The position numbers were made by a program, and so were the translations under genes. A DNA stretch of 64,000 bases from Sedimentisphaerales bacterium (GTDB taxonomy: Bacteria; Planctomycetota; Phycisphaerae; Sedimentisphaerales; SM23-30), in NCBI GenBank assembly GCA_963663805.2, contig CAXXMR010000018.1:1-64000 (forward strand), in the 5' to 3' direction. Each line of letters begins with the position of its first letter. Within the stretch, counting starts at the first letter, position 1. The notes under the pieces were generated by a model. The model was given only the letters and a program-made list of their open reading frames with translations. It ran no database searches and was not told where the DNA came from. Below are positions 46,764 to 58,900 of this stretch, in pieces.

Positions 46764-47828
46764 ATGGATAAACCTGAAAACAATTTGCCTGGTCGCTTTC
46801 ATACACGGGAGCTGGCTATTGTTCTGAGCCATTATGACTTGGGGACCATTGGGGAGATTCTGCGTTGTGGGCGGGGTAATGAGCAATCACCTAAGCTGAT
46901 AATCGTGAGCGACAAAGGTAAATTTCTGCTCAAGCGGCGAGTGCCGAGCAAGTCGATTCGTCTGAAAATCGCTCAGGCTCATCATTGTCTGTTGTATCTG
47001 CATGGGGCGGGTTTTTGTGTGCCGCGGTTGGTGGCGACAAACCATAATCATTCACTGGTGCAGGATGAGACTCATATTTATGAGATGTTCGAGTATCTGG
47101 GCGGGCAGGATTATGACGGGGCCGGTTCGACGGCGATTGGGGTGGGGCGGTGTCTGCGGCAGTTCCATGATTTGCTGAGCCGGTATCAGCCGCCGGAGCC
47201 GTTGCCGAAACATTGTTATCACGATAACGATAGTGTGCGGGAGCGACTGCGCGATTATTCTGACTCGGAGCATGAATATGACGCTGACGAGGCGGGGCGG
47301 CTGAGCGAGATTCTGCTGGAGGCTTATGATGGGGCGACGCGGCAGGCTGAGGAGATGGGGCTGCCTGAAAGTCCCCAGGGGATTTGCCACGGTGACTGGC
47401 ATCCGGGTAATTTGCTGTTTCAGGGGCATGAAATTGTGGCGGTGCTGGATTTTGAATCTTTGGGTATTATGCCTTTGTGGGCGGAAGTCGCTAATGGGTG
47501 TTTGCAGTTTTCGCTGGTGGCTCAGGGACGCGACCCGGAGAACTGGCCGGCGGAACTGGATATTTTTCGGGCGGGCTGTTTTCTGAGAGGCTATCGCACG
47601 GAGAAGCTTTGGGCCAATTCTGAGTTGCAGGTTATTGTCGCTTTGATGATCGAGGCTCTTATCGCCGAAGCCATCGCTCCGATAGCGGCAACGGGGAAAT
47701 TTACAAATATTCAGGGCAGTCGTTTCCTGCGTATGATTAGCCGAAAGGTGGAATGGCTGAATCAGTTCGCTGCCGACCAGCTTACTTTGTGTCAGCAGGG
47801 CGACTGCGATTGTGGCTCGAATGAATAG
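46764..47828 (+). CDS. APH-family phosphotransferase (type II homoserine kinase-like)
   Basis: FLLKRR, HGDWHPGN.LF, VLDFE. Confidence 0.85.
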   Translation: MDKPENNLPGRFHTRELAIVLSHYDLGTIGEILRCGRGNEQSPKLIIVSDKGKFLLKRRVPSKSIRLKIAQAHHCLLYLHGAGFCVPRLVATNHNHSLVQDETHIYEMFEYLGGQDYDGAGSTAIGVGRCLRQFHDLLSRYQPPEPLPKHCYHDNDSVRERLRDYSDSEHEYDADEAGRLSEILLEAYDGATRQAEEMGLPESPQGICHGDWHPGNLLFQGHEIVAVLDFESLGIMPLWAEVANGCLQFSLVAQGRDPENWPAELDIFRAGCFLRGYRTEKLWANSELQVIVALMIEALIAEAIAPIAATGKFTNIQGSRFLRMISRKVEWLNQFAADQLTLCQQGDCDCGSNE

Positions 47829-47835
47829 CGGATAA

Positions 47836-48789
47836 TCATTCAATATTCAGATGGTCGAACAGGGCCGAAGAAAGGTATCTTTCGCCGGAATCGGGCAGGA
47901 TTACGACAATCGTTTTGCCGGCGTTTTCTTCACGCTGAGCGACTTGTCCGGCAGCTATTAGAGCCGCCCCGGAGGAGATGCCCACGAAAATCCCTTCTTC
48001 GGTTGCCGCCCGTTGAGCCATTTCCATAGCTTGGTCCTGGTCGACCTTGATGATTTCGTCAACAAATTCTGATTTATAGTTTTGCGGGATGAAACCGGCC
48101 CCAATGCCCTGGATTTTGTGCGGGCCGGGCTGAATTTCTTCTCCTGCGGCGGATTGACTTAGTACAGGACTTTGGATAGGTTCAACCGCGATGGCCCGAA
48201 AGGTGCTTTTGCGGCCTTTGATAACTTCGCTGATACCTGATATAGTTCCGCCGGTGCCCACGCCGGCGACTAAAAAGTCAACCTGGCCGTCAGTATCTTG
48301 CCAGATTTCTTCCGCGGTGGTCTTGCGATGTATCGCGGGGTTGGCGGGGTTGGAAAATTGCTGAGGGATGAAAGAATTGGGGGTTTCTTTCTGGAGTTGC
48401 ATCGCGGTTTCGACCGCACCAGTCATGCCCTTGCCGGCAGGGGTGAGGATTAGCTTCGCTCCCAGTGCCAGCAGGATTTTGCGGCGTTCCAGACTCATTG
48501 ATTCGGGCATGGTCAGTACGCATTTATAGCCGCGGGCGGCGCAAACCAGGGCCAGCCCGATGCCGGTATTGCCGCTGGTGGGTTCGATAATGGTGTCGCC
48601 GGGCTTGATTTTGTTTTCCTGTTCTGCGGCGTCGATCATTGCCATCCCGATACGGTCTTTGATGGAAGCCATGGGATTGAAACATTCCATCTTGGCCAGA
48701 ACAGCGGCGGCGGACTTGATGATTTTGTTGATTCTGACCAGCGGGGTATTGCCGATGGTTTCTGTAATATTGTTGAAAATCCGGGCCAT
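47836..48789 (-). CDS. cysK: Cysteine synthase A
   Basis: [56 protein letters not shown]. Confidence 0.97.
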   Translation of the reverse strand: MARIFNNITETIGNTPLVRINKIIKSAAAVLAKMECFNPMASIKDRIGMAMIDAAEQENKIKPGDTIIEPTSGNTGIGLALVCAARGYKCVLTMPESMSLERRKILLALGAKLILTPAGKGMTGAVETAMQLQKETPNSFIPQQFSNPANPAIHRKTTAEEIWQDTDGQVDFLVAGVGTGGTISGISEVIKGRKSTFRAIAVEPIQSPVLSQSAAGEEIQPGPHKIQGIGAGFIPQNYKSEFVDEIIKVDQDQAMEMAQRAATEEGIFVGISSGAALIAAGQVAQREENAGKTIVVILPDSGERYLSSALFDHLNIE

Positions 48790-48902
48790 AGTTGTCTCCT
48801 GAAAAACGAGTTTACAGGAGTTTATAGACCGGGCGAAGGGCAAAATCAACCCAATACCGAACTTTTGCACCGGATTTGTTTAGGATTTCCAGTTTACCTG
48901 GC

Positions 48903-49934
48903 TTAGGGGGCGATAAATGCGTCCACTTCTTCGGTGGGGGTTTCGGTGCCTTCGTAACGCGTGGTATTTTCGATGGTGAACATATCGTCCAGGCCGAAGC
49001 CCCAGCGTCTTGAAGTCGCGAAATCGACATGGCCGTCGTCGAACAGAACGTTCTGGCCTTTGCCGTTATGGTTAGGTGAGTTAGCCTTGAGCAGTTCGGG
49101 GTTTTCGTTGAGGTCCAACTGTTCGGAGAAGAAGGCATCAAAATCGGCAAACAGGGGGTTCTGGTCGGTCATGAGCGGGCCGTTCTTACGGCCAAGCCCC
49201 ATGTTCAGGCCTTCGTTGGGCTGAACGAGACGGAAACTGTAGTTTACGCTTTGACGGTCGGGGAAGTCACGCAGTCGGAGAAGCTGTTCCGGTGAAAAAT
49301 CAAGACGAATTTTGCCGTCGCTGTTGGCGGCAGGACAGATAAAGTTTTTCGCCGAGAGATAGCCATTTTTGACCAGAAGAAAGAAATTGCGGGTGTTGGA
49401 GGTCTTGCCTTCATCCTGCGAGCCGACATGCCACCATTTGGCACCGGGCTGATGGTAAACCTGGGGGAGTAAATCGTTATTGTCACGGGCATAGTGCTGG
49501 AGGGCCTGACCGACCTGCCGCATCTGTAGGGTGCAGGCGTGTTTTTCGGCTATATCGCGGGCGACCTGAAGACCGGGCTGAGAAACCAGAAATACCAGTA
49601 TAACGCCGGCGGCAATGGTTGCCAAATCACGGAAATTGCCAAGAATCCAGCGTAAACGTGATGATTCGCGGTGCGTGTGGAGAGCTTCGGCGAATTTGAC
49701 GGAGCGTTTGTTTTCTACCGCCCGGCTCTGTTCGTAATGTTTGATAAAAGCCAGGGTTTTTCCGGTAAGATCTTCGGGGGTATCTTCAATGTCGTCCAGA
49801 GAAGCTGCCAGTTTGGCCAGAGCATTATCAATCTGCCGCAATTGAGCATCGTCGGCAATGTCAGCCTGAATGGTGTCGAGATTGAAGTGGAAGTCGATTA
49901 ACTGCTGAAGTTTTTCTAACTGACGGTCTTTCAT
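48903..49934 (-). CDS. Putative anti-sigma factor with DUF1559/H-X9-DG-like extracytoplasmic domain
   Basis: Starts 3 nt after the ECF stop; ~100-aa cytoplasmic part, one TM, then AC..QMRQVGQAL.HYA.DN...FICP...HNGKGQNVLFDDGHV. Confidence 0.75.
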   Translation of the reverse strand: MKDRQLEKLQQLIDFHFNLDTIQADIADDAQLRQIDNALAKLAASLDDIEDTPEDLTGKTLAFIKHYEQSRAVENKRSVKFAEALHTHRESSRLRWILGNFRDLATIAAGVILVFLVSQPGLQVARDIAEKHACTLQMRQVGQALQHYARDNNDLLPQVYHQPGAKWWHVGSQDEGKTSNTRNFFLLVKNGYLSAKNFICPAANSDGKIRLDFSPEQLLRLRDFPDRQSVNYSFRLVQPNEGLNMGLGRKNGPLMTDQNPLFADFDAFFSEQLDLNENPELLKANSPNHNGKGQNVLFDDGHVDFATSRRWGFGLDDMFTIENTTRYEGTETPTEEVDAFIAP

Positions 49935-49937
49935 GTA

Positions 49938-50531
49938 CTACTTGTCCTGCTGCTTCTGAGCTTCCTGATAGCGTTGGGCGAAATTTGATACGGCAGAGTG
50001 GAGCCGACTCTTGACAGTGCCTAACGGTATCTTCAGAATCTCAGCCATTTCCTTATACGAAAGTTGGCCAAAATAAGCCAAGACCAGAATTTCCCGCAAC
50101 ATATCGGGCATCCCGGTAATTATATTACGTACTTCCTTACGAGTTTGTTCAGCCTCAAAAATATCCTCAGCGGTCTGTTCGTCTCGGAGCAGGCTGTCCC
50201 AGAGGTTTGCCAGGGTTCCATCATCTGGATCCTGGGCGGTCAACTGCACGGTCTGCTTACGGTCGCGACTCCTCAGGAGGTCGCGGGCTTTGTTGGCGGC
50301 AATGGTATATAACCACGGCCTGAAACGACGCCCGCTATCGAAACGGTCGGCAGATAGATGCACCTGCAGAAACGCTTCTTGAAAAACTTCTTCCGCTAAC
50401 GACTTTTTCCCCAGAAACTTAGCCAAAAAGTTGAACAACTCCTTTTCGTATCTTTTGACCAGAAGGGCAAAAGCCTCTCTCTCTCCCGCCCGGTATCTGG
50501 CAAAAAGTTGTTCATCAGTTTGCTGGTTCAA
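49938..50531 (-). CDS. ECF RNA polymerase sigma factor
   Basis: AEEVFQEAF, F.PWLYTIA.N..RD, LSYKEMAEIL.IPLGTVKSRL. Confidence 0.95.
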   Translation of the reverse strand: MNQQTDEQLFARYRAGEREAFALLVKRYEKELFNFLAKFLGKKSLAEEVFQEAFLQVHLSADRFDSGRRFRPWLYTIAANKARDLLRSRDRKQTVQLTAQDPDDGTLANLWDSLLRDEQTAEDIFEAEQTRKEVRNIITGMPDMLREILVLAYFGQLSYKEMAEILKIPLGTVKSRLHSAVSNFAQRYQEAQKQQDK

Positions 50532-50676
50532 ATGTCTGTATTCCTTACGGTCGTGCTTTCCAGAAGTTCGCTGGATTTAGAGTTTTTTTGCTGAATCCCG
50601 CATACACAATTATGGTGATTTTTGTGGGAATAGCAAGGGGAAAACCTCCTAATAGCCTGTAAAGAAGCAATTTATA

Positions 50677-51702
50677 TCATCTGAGCGAGTTTTTTATATT
50701 TTGGACAGATTTTTTTGGATTTTCTGTGGCGGTCACCGCCTGACAAAGTGCGATACCGGTGGCGCCTGCCTGAATTAGCGCTGGGGCGTTGCTTTCGGTG
50801 ATGCCGCCGATGGCAATTATGGGACTTTGAGTAATTTGTCTAATTTGGGTAATTAATGAGAGGCCGCAGGCTGGTACTTTGGGCTTGGTGGGGCTGGGGT
50901 AGATTGCTCCGACTGCGATATAATCGGGATTTTGGGTGATGGATTGGGTTGCTTCTTCGAGTGAATGGGTGCTGGTACCGATTATCTGATAAGGAGTTAG
51001 GATTTTCCGGGCCTGATGAGGTGCGAGGTCGTCTTGGCCGAGATGTACGCCGTGGGCGTGGGCGAGGAGGGCCAGGTCGGGGCGGTCGTTCATTATGAAA
51101 AGGGCTTGATATTCGTTACATATATCAGTTAGCTGCTGGGCAAGGTTAAGTGTTTGTTTGTCGGGTAAATCCTTTTCTCGCAGTTGGATACAGTCGGCAC
51201 CGCCGTCGAGGACGGCCCGGGCGGTTTCCAGCAGGCCCAAGGTGCAATATTGGGCGGTGAGCAGGACATAAATCCTGACATTTTTAAAGTCTGGTTTGAC
51301 AGGGATTAACAGTCGTTTTTCGAGTTCGTAGGCCTGGTAGCGGAGGGCTTCTAATTGTGAGGAGATTTTAGGAGATTGGATTTTGGTGAATTCTTCGAGG
51401 CATCTTAGTGCTTCGGTTAGGCGTTTGGCGGCGGCGGTGGTTACGGCCTGCATGTCTGGTCGTGATTTTTCGGATTCGGTGGAGATGGCGGTGCCGACGT
51501 CGCCGGGTGTGTCTCTGGCGGTAAGTAGTTCAGCGGCAGGTATTTGGGTTATATATTGGCAGAGCTGATGACGCAGGATTTTGGTTTTTTCGCTGAGTTC
51601 GGAGTTGTTAAGAGCGAAGCGGGCGTAGTCTTCCATGACCCTTAGAGCTTCGCGGGCACGGTTGAAATTGGCATCGATAATGCGGTATAATGGCTCTTTC
51701 AT
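50677..51702 (-). CDS. thiE: Thiamine-phosphate synthase with N-terminal ThiD2-type extension
   Basis: RIIDAN.NRA.E.LRV.ED, EALR.LEE..K, QLREK, NDRPD, HLGQDD, GTSTH, SPTK, AIGGI. Confidence 0.93.
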   Translation of the reverse strand: MKEPLYRIIDANFNRAREALRVMEDYARFALNNSELSEKTKILRHQLCQYITQIPAAELLTARDTPGDVGTAISTESEKSRPDMQAVTTAAAKRLTEALRCLEEFTKIQSPKISSQLEALRYQAYELEKRLLIPVKPDFKNVRIYVLLTAQYCTLGLLETARAVLDGGADCIQLREKDLPDKQTLNLAQQLTDICNEYQALFIMNDRPDLALLAHAHGVHLGQDDLAPHQARKILTPYQIIGTSTHSLEEATQSITQNPDYIAVGAIYPSPTKPKVPACGLSLITQIRQITQSPIIAIGGITESNAPALIQAGATGIALCQAVTATENPKKSVQNIKNSLR

Positions 51703-51816
51703 AGGCGCGATTCTGCCTGAAAGTGCCGAAAAAATCGATAAAAAAGAGAAAAATATGTTTTTTTTTTCGTTTTTTCGCTAAAAATATGCGTTATGAAGCT
51801 GAAAAAAATCGAATTT

Positions 51817-52545
51817 ATGAAGTGTCCGGGATTGTTTATTACCGGTACGGATACAGGGGTTGGCAAGACCGTGGTCTGTGGGGCGCTGGCGAATTGTCTG
51901 GTCGCGAAAGGGGGGAGGCCGGGAGTGTTCAAGCCGGTTGCCAGTGGTTGTGTCCATAGTCGGGAAGGTCTGGTTAGTGCGGATGCGGAATTTCTGGCAC
52001 ATTGTGCCAATAGTGAATTTACCCTGGAGCAGATAAATCCGGTGCGTTATGTGGAGCCGCTGGCACCTTCGGTGGCGGCGGAGAGGGCGGGTGAGCCGGT
52101 TGATTTTGAGGTAATTGAGCGGGCTTACCGTTACCTGGCGGAAAGGACAGGGTTGATGCTGGTTGAGGGGGTGGGCGGGGTTATGGTGCCTTTGAGTAAG
52201 GATGTGCTGGTTCTGGATTTGATGGTGGCGCTGGGCTTGCCGGTGCTGGTGGTATCGGGCAGTAAGCTGGGGGCGATTAATCATACGGTTCTGACGGTGC
52301 GGGCCTGTGAGGGGGCGGGACTGACGGTTGCCGGGGTGGTTATAAACGGTTATGACGTGGAAAATGCCAGTTTGGCGGAGGAGAGTAATCCGCAGGTGAT
52401 TTCAGAGATTTGCGGTGTGCCGATATTGTCTGTAATACCTTCTGATAAAGTCACTTCGGTGGAGTCTGGTCGGTTGGGCAAGCCGGTTGTTTCGGCGATG
52501 GGTTTGGTAGACTGGCGTGACCTGATTGAACAGGGCGGTAGATAG
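51817..52545 (+). CDS. bioD: Dethiobiotin synthetase
   Basis: FITGTDTGVGKT, FKPVASG, PLAP..AA, VEGVGG..VP, LGAINHT. Confidence 0.96.
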   Translation: MKCPGLFITGTDTGVGKTVVCGALANCLVAKGGRPGVFKPVASGCVHSREGLVSADAEFLAHCANSEFTLEQINPVRYVEPLAPSVAAERAGEPVDFEVIERAYRYLAERTGLMLVEGVGGVMVPLSKDVLVLDLMVALGLPVLVVSGSKLGAINHTVLTVRACEGAGLTVAGVVINGYDVENASLAEESNPQVISEICGVPILSVIPSDKVTSVESGRLGKPVVSAMGLVDWRDLIEQGGR

Positions 52546-52605
52546 GTTTGAACCTGATGGGGGGTGGGGGCGTAGTGAATGGTTAGTGGGTGGAAGAAGG
52601 GATGA

Positions 52606-52638
52606 GGCATGAGGCATGAGTGAACGGCGTGGTGCCTG
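52606..52638 (+). repeat. 33-bp dispersed intergenic element, copy 2
   Basis: GGCATGAGGCATGAGTGAACGGCGTGGTGCCTG; matches 8753-8785. Confidence 0.7.
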
Positions 52639-52922
52639 AACATTCAATATGTATCGTCGATGGTGGTTTTATCCGGCCGCTTACGCGGGGCGGCTTCTGT
52701 TGGTGGTTGGTGGTTTGTAAAGCCTGCGGCTGTTGATATTTGGCTTGACCGATAAAACCCCAGAGTTTACACTGCGTTGCAGATATGGGGATGTGTGCCT
52801 GCCGGTGCAATTTGCCGGCTGGTGAAGAAATGGCCCGGCGAAGGGGCTGGTCCCGCCATATGGTTGTAAGTTACTGCCAACAATATCGTTACCTGCTGTA
52901 AATAAGTCCAAGGAGACCAACG

Positions 52923-55900
52923 ATGTCACAGAGAAAACCTCGACGTGCCGGCAAGAATAAGTTTCACCGCTCCGAACGTCAAAGCAAAGGTTCGGGCCAG
53001 TTGAGTATGGAAGTTCTTGAGCATCGTCTGCTTCTGGATGTGGCGGGTGTCTGGGATGAGCTGGGCTGGCGTGCGGCGAGCGGGGGCGGGGTGAGCTGGG
53101 ATGCTCACGATGAGCCTTCGGACGCTCAGTTTGTGACGACCAGCGACGGTGACCCGGTTCTATTCTGGGTTGACAGTACCGATACCGGCACTTTTACGGC
53201 GATGATTGACGAATATCTGGGCGGCTCGGACGGCAGCGGTCGTTTGCCTTTCCACTGGGAGTCCAAGGGTATCATCTCGGCGAGTCAGTATGTCAGTGAA
53301 GACATCGGCTGGGCGAGTATGGGTGGTATGGGCGGGCTGGACGCTGCTTCGGCCATCAATCAGGCTATTTACACCGATTCGAGCGGTACATTGACCCGGA
53401 TAGGTAAGAGCGATTACAAGAACCAGTTTATTACGGAATATGTTGACGGCGGGTTAGCGGTATGTTCTTATGCCACGGAGATGTCGGCGGTTGCAGGTCC
53501 GAACGGCACGATGGCGGTAACTTGGGTTGCTCAGGAAGTTCCTCCTACAGCTTACAGCGGTTCGACTTATGACCAGGTTCAGATTTACGCTATGTTCTGG
53601 ACGGGCAGCGAGTGGGTTGAGCTGGATGGTTCGGGCAGTAACGCCGGTGTTAGTCAGGTTGACGGTTTGAGTGCCGATGCCTATACGGTAGAGGCTCCTG
53701 ATATAACGATTTCTGAAACGGGTGAGGTTTTTATTTCTTATACCGCTCTGCATCCGGGTTCGGGTTCGGCATCTCAGCGTGAGATTGTGGTCAAGAAATA
53801 CGGCTATGTGACTGAAGATACCGTGCCGATAGTTTATCCCCCTCAGCCTTCTGAGCAGGCTTGGGTAGAGCTTTACGACGAAGAAACTGGTCCGTTCGCG
53901 GAGCGTAATGAATACAATGCCATGTCCGCTATGGGCGGGGTTAGTGCTGACAGTGCCAATTCTTTTGACTCGGCGATAGCGGTTGACCTTGAAGGTCGGC
54001 CTATAGTGGTCTGGTCTTCTCAGCTGAGTCAGCAGAATATGGAAATATTCGCAGCCCGCTGGGACGGCAGTTCGTGGGTTGAATATGGGGTTGAGTCCAA
54101 GAGTGACCTTGACGGTGACGGTTTCGCGGGGGTAAGTCGTGATTTGGGTGTTTCGATTCAGCCTGATATTGCGATAACCGAAGATGGGCGGGCGATTGTG
54201 ACGTGGGTGAACTGGGAGAACTGGGACCAATATCTGGTAAATGGCAAGGCGGGGATTTATGTCAAGGAGTTGGAGTGGAACGAATGGGTGGCCTATAATG
54301 ACGATGCCAGCACGATAACCGGCGCGGGTCTGGCAAGTCCTCGCGACGACGCAGGGGATATAGACGCGGCGAATTCGCGCGGCTGGTATTATACCCCTTC
54401 GATTGATATTGACGCCAGCGGCAATCCGGTGATTTCGTGGCAAGGCTATGACGCGCCGATTCGTAAGGTGCTGGACCGCGACGACAATGATGTCAACGAG
54501 TCGCCGGTGATGCGGGCTTATGTCAGCCATCTGGATACCACTACGGATACGTTCACGATATTGACTAACAGTTCCGACTATAGTGTACTCAGCAATGATT
54601 CGACGACGACAAAAGATGATAGTCTGGCGGATAGTCTCTCCAGGTTGCAGTGTTGGATGCCGGCGGTGCTGGTGACTCCTGACGATGATATTCTGGTGGC
54701 TTATTCGCTGTATGATACAACACTTGATGGTACTCATATGGATACCGAGTTGATAGCCCAGATGTGGGATTCGACTCTGGGTACGTGGGTTGAGTATGGC
54801 CGGGGCAGTGACTCCAATGGTAATGATTATTTTGGCTGGGAAAACAGCAGCGGCATTTCCCAGACCGGTCTGCTGGATTTTGACGGTGATTCTGATACGG
54901 CAATGGATGTTGTGATCGCCAGTTGGAATTCCGAGGACCGGGGCCAGTTATTTCGCTATGATTCCGAGGCGGGTCGCTGGTATGACGACCTTACGATTAA
55001 TTTTGACACCGATAACGCGAACAATCTGAAGAGTTTCGGCTACGTATTTGATTTCGCGGGCGACCCGGATTATGAATATATCGACGGCGACCCGCTGCTG
55101 GCGTATCTGGACGACGAGACGGGTCTGCCGTATGTTTATCAGTTCAGCGGCGGGGGCTGGGTGCAACAGGGTACGGTTGCCGGTACTATCGCCGGTACCA
55201 GTCCATTTTTTGGGGACAGTAACTACGGCATTTCGGTTGCGGCGGGTGCCAACGGCGAAGTTTTGCTGGCTTATCTGGCGACGAATCCCGATACGGGTAC
55301 GACCGATGTCATGACGCGTTTGTGGGATCCGATAACGGGCGTGTGGAGTGCGGGCGGTTCGGATGTTGACGGCTGGCTGCCGAAGAACGCACCGCTGAGT
55401 CTGGCGTATTATTCTAATTTCAATGGTCTTGATTTTGGTGATGACGGCACGGTTGCGGATTCAATAGAATTCAATGACGGTATTCCGGAGATTGTTGTTG
55501 ACCTTCCTGAGTATGACACCAGTGGTAAGACTGTATATTTTATCCCTGACTATGATGAGAGTTTCGCTCTTTCCACTGCGGGACTGAATGATTGGGATAC
55601 TACCGTGACCGCCAGTATAGATTCGACTGCCGGGGCGACAGTTGATTTTGTTGCTCTTGATCCGGCTAATCCTCTGGACTATACGCAAACCGCTGAGGAT
55701 GACGGTCTGCTGATGGAATTTTTAATTGATGACGCTGACACAAACATTAATGCCGGTGGTTCGTTTTATGGTCAGTTCTTGATACCGTTCCAGTTGCCCA
55801 GTTCCGGTGATGTAACTTTACAGATGGACTACTCGGTGGCTAATGTATCGGCGATAGGCGGTGATTTGCCCGGTACGGGTGAGGCCAGTGCCGAGGCTGG

Positions 55901-58900
55901 TCGGGTTGGTATTGATTTGTATCTGGGTATAATGAGTTTTGCGGACGGGAGTGTTTACTGGTTTGACCCGAACAATGACGGTTCTGTGGGTGATGTACCG
56001 GAGAATCCTTTTGTGAGTTTGTCTGCCAGCGATATTGATTATGAGCTGGGCAATCAGTTGGCCTATGCCGATGCCAAGCAGATAGAATTCAGCAGTGAAA
56101 CCCTTACGGATATGCTGGGTGCGGATTTTGCCGCGGGGACTTATAATCTGCTCGTACGAGCGGTGGCGAATGTAGGTGTTGGTACTGAAGAAGAAATTGT
56201 TCATGTTCGTTTTGATAATATGGCGGTCTACCAGAGTGTACAGACGGCGGGTGATGCTCGTGAGGCAACTGTAGATATTGACACTGCTTTTCTTGGGGCT
56301 TTAGATGCTAATAATTGGTGCCATGATAGTGTAAATGGTACAACTAGTGGGGCTTCGGGGGCCGCTTATGGTGTCAATGGCGTAAGTGGTGATGGTGGGG
56401 TTAGAATAGACTTAGGACCTGCAGCCGGGGTTGCGGTTGAGAACAATGTCGAAGCTAAAGTTTATTCGGCTCCGGTTACAGCTACTGATGCTGGTACTTT
56501 GGAAGCATCTCTGACGTTCAAGTTGGATTTGGAAGAAGATGTCAATGAGGATGCGTATATTGAGATTAGTGTACATATCGAAGAAGTTGCCAATGCTGAC
56601 GTGCCCATAGGTGAGTATTGGACGTTTAGACTTACAGCAGATGATACGCTAGCCGATACTACAGCTCATACTACCGGTTGGATTACCAAAACCTTTGACG
56701 TCTCCGAAATGGCTGATTTTAGTACTATTTCAGCGCCAACCAACGGTGTTGTATATCGCTTGATTGTCGATGTTATTCAAAGTGAGGCTAATGGTGGCGA
56801 CGGTCAGGGGTTTCTTGAAATAGATGAAGCGGGTTTAGTCATTAACAGCGGTGATACTGACTGGTGCTGGGCGACATATAATTCGGATACTGAATCATAT
56901 AGTAATACCAGTACCCCCGATACGGGCGGCAACTGGAATGTTGGTGAGGTTTCGGGAAATCGTATTGGTGACACGAAGGTAACTCAGGTCGATGATGATA
57001 CGCCGGGTTATGATTTTGAGGATAATCTTTACGCGACGATTCTCAACGCGGCGGGCAGTCAGAGCTATACTTTTACGGTGACGACCGATTATCCTGACGA
57101 TATTGTGGTGCTGTTCCGTCATAACAAGACTATCGCGGCGGCCAGCACGGTCAAGGTTTACGTTGATGGTGTGGAAACCACTTATGATAATGATTTGTTC
57201 AATAACTCGACCAATCTGGAAGATTATGACTCGGATAATTATTCGATGACCGACGCCTGGAGTCAGGGGACGGGCGACACGTTGGAATATGCTTTTACCA
57301 AGGCTGTGTCGGCTAATGTTTCCAGCGGTACTCACACGATTGAAATCGAGTTGACTGGTGTAGCGGGTGATGAACTTTGGATAGATGATTTATCGATTCT
57401 GGCTTCGATTGGCGGGACAATTGAGAGTACCAATCCGATAGCGAAGCTGCTGTCGAACCGCAACTTCGCGGTGGGCAGTACGGATGTTTCGGCGGACCAG
57501 TGGGTATATGAAAGTGGTGAATATACGCTTATGCCGGTCGGTCAGATTCTGGCATACGGCGGGGGCGGTTATTTCGGCGGGGGCTATTACAATCCGGGCA
57601 TTCAGGAGCTGGACGATTTCGACGGCGACGGTACGGACGAATGGGATACTTACGGCCAGGAAATCGGCGGGACACAGAGAATAGATTTTCTGGGCTTTGA
57701 TTTGTACTCTTATGCCATGCCCACCAGTGACTTGCTGTATCTGGAGGATTTCGCGGTTGGGCCCAACGGCACGCCGTGGGTTGCTATGCGGCATGGCACG
57801 CTGGACCGCGTGGAATTGTATATAAACGGTTCATGGATGCAATATAACTTGTTTGTGTTCCATCCGTGGGCGGATGTTGATGCGCCTGCGGGTGTTCAGT
57901 GGACGGTTGGTACGACGGATCTGGATATTCAGATACTGGCTTGGGAGCCTTTTTCGGGTGATCCGCGAGAAAGTGACCAGAATTACGCCCAATGGGTTAA
58001 TATGGACCTTCCGCTGCCCGCTGACCCGGTCACCAATGCTCAGATAGTAACTACCGGTGGTCAGTTGCCGATTGTGGCGTGGACCTATCACGGGCCTAAT
58101 GGTCGGTACTTTGATGCCGCGACTTTGCGTTATAATGCCATGTCGCAGAGCTGGGAGGCTATGGGCAATCAGGCGGCAGGTGCCACGGTTGAGAATTATA
58201 CCATTCAGACGAATTCCTTTTGGAGTGCTCAGTGGGTAACTGATTTGATTGTCAAGCCGGATGACTACCCGATTATCATGACCTACGCAGGTCATCTCGA
58301 TTCTGATGCTATTCGTGAGTTCCGCCCGTCGTACAGTTTGCCGAATATGGCGCTTACCGAAAGTTCGGGCGATTACTCGGATGATTATATCCTTGATTTT
58401 GGCACGACGGTGACGCAGATTGCCGATGAGAGTTTCCGGGTTTCCAATACCGGGCCGGGCGATTTGGTGATTTATGATATTGAGTTGGGCGGCGAAGGGA
58501 CTTCGGATGTTAATCCGTTTACGCTGCGTAACGCACCGGAGTTTCCGATTGTGCTGGAGCCGGGCGAATCACGCGATTTCGCGGTTCGGTTTAATCCGTC
58601 CAATGTTGAAGTGGGCGAATATTCCGCTGTCGCGATGGTGCATACCAGCCAGTATTACGCGTTCAGCGACAATGACCGGCGGCATGATTATTCGCACTTT
58701 GACGAGGTGATTTTGCTGGCGGAGAAGATTGAGGAATCGGACATCAACATCAACGAAGATTTGTTTGATTTTGGTGCCAATCCGATTGAGCAGTTGACCG
58801 AAGCGCAGGAGTTGGTGATTGAAAACCTGGGTTCGGATGATTTGGTGATTGAGGAGTGGTTCTTCGACGGTGACCGTTATCATGTTTCGCAGGCTTATGT

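Noticed and set aside
51703..51816. TPP riboswitch or BirA operator between divergent thiE and bioD
   Set aside because: Short A/T-tract region without TPP (GCTGAGA, CCTGA) or BirA palindrome motifs
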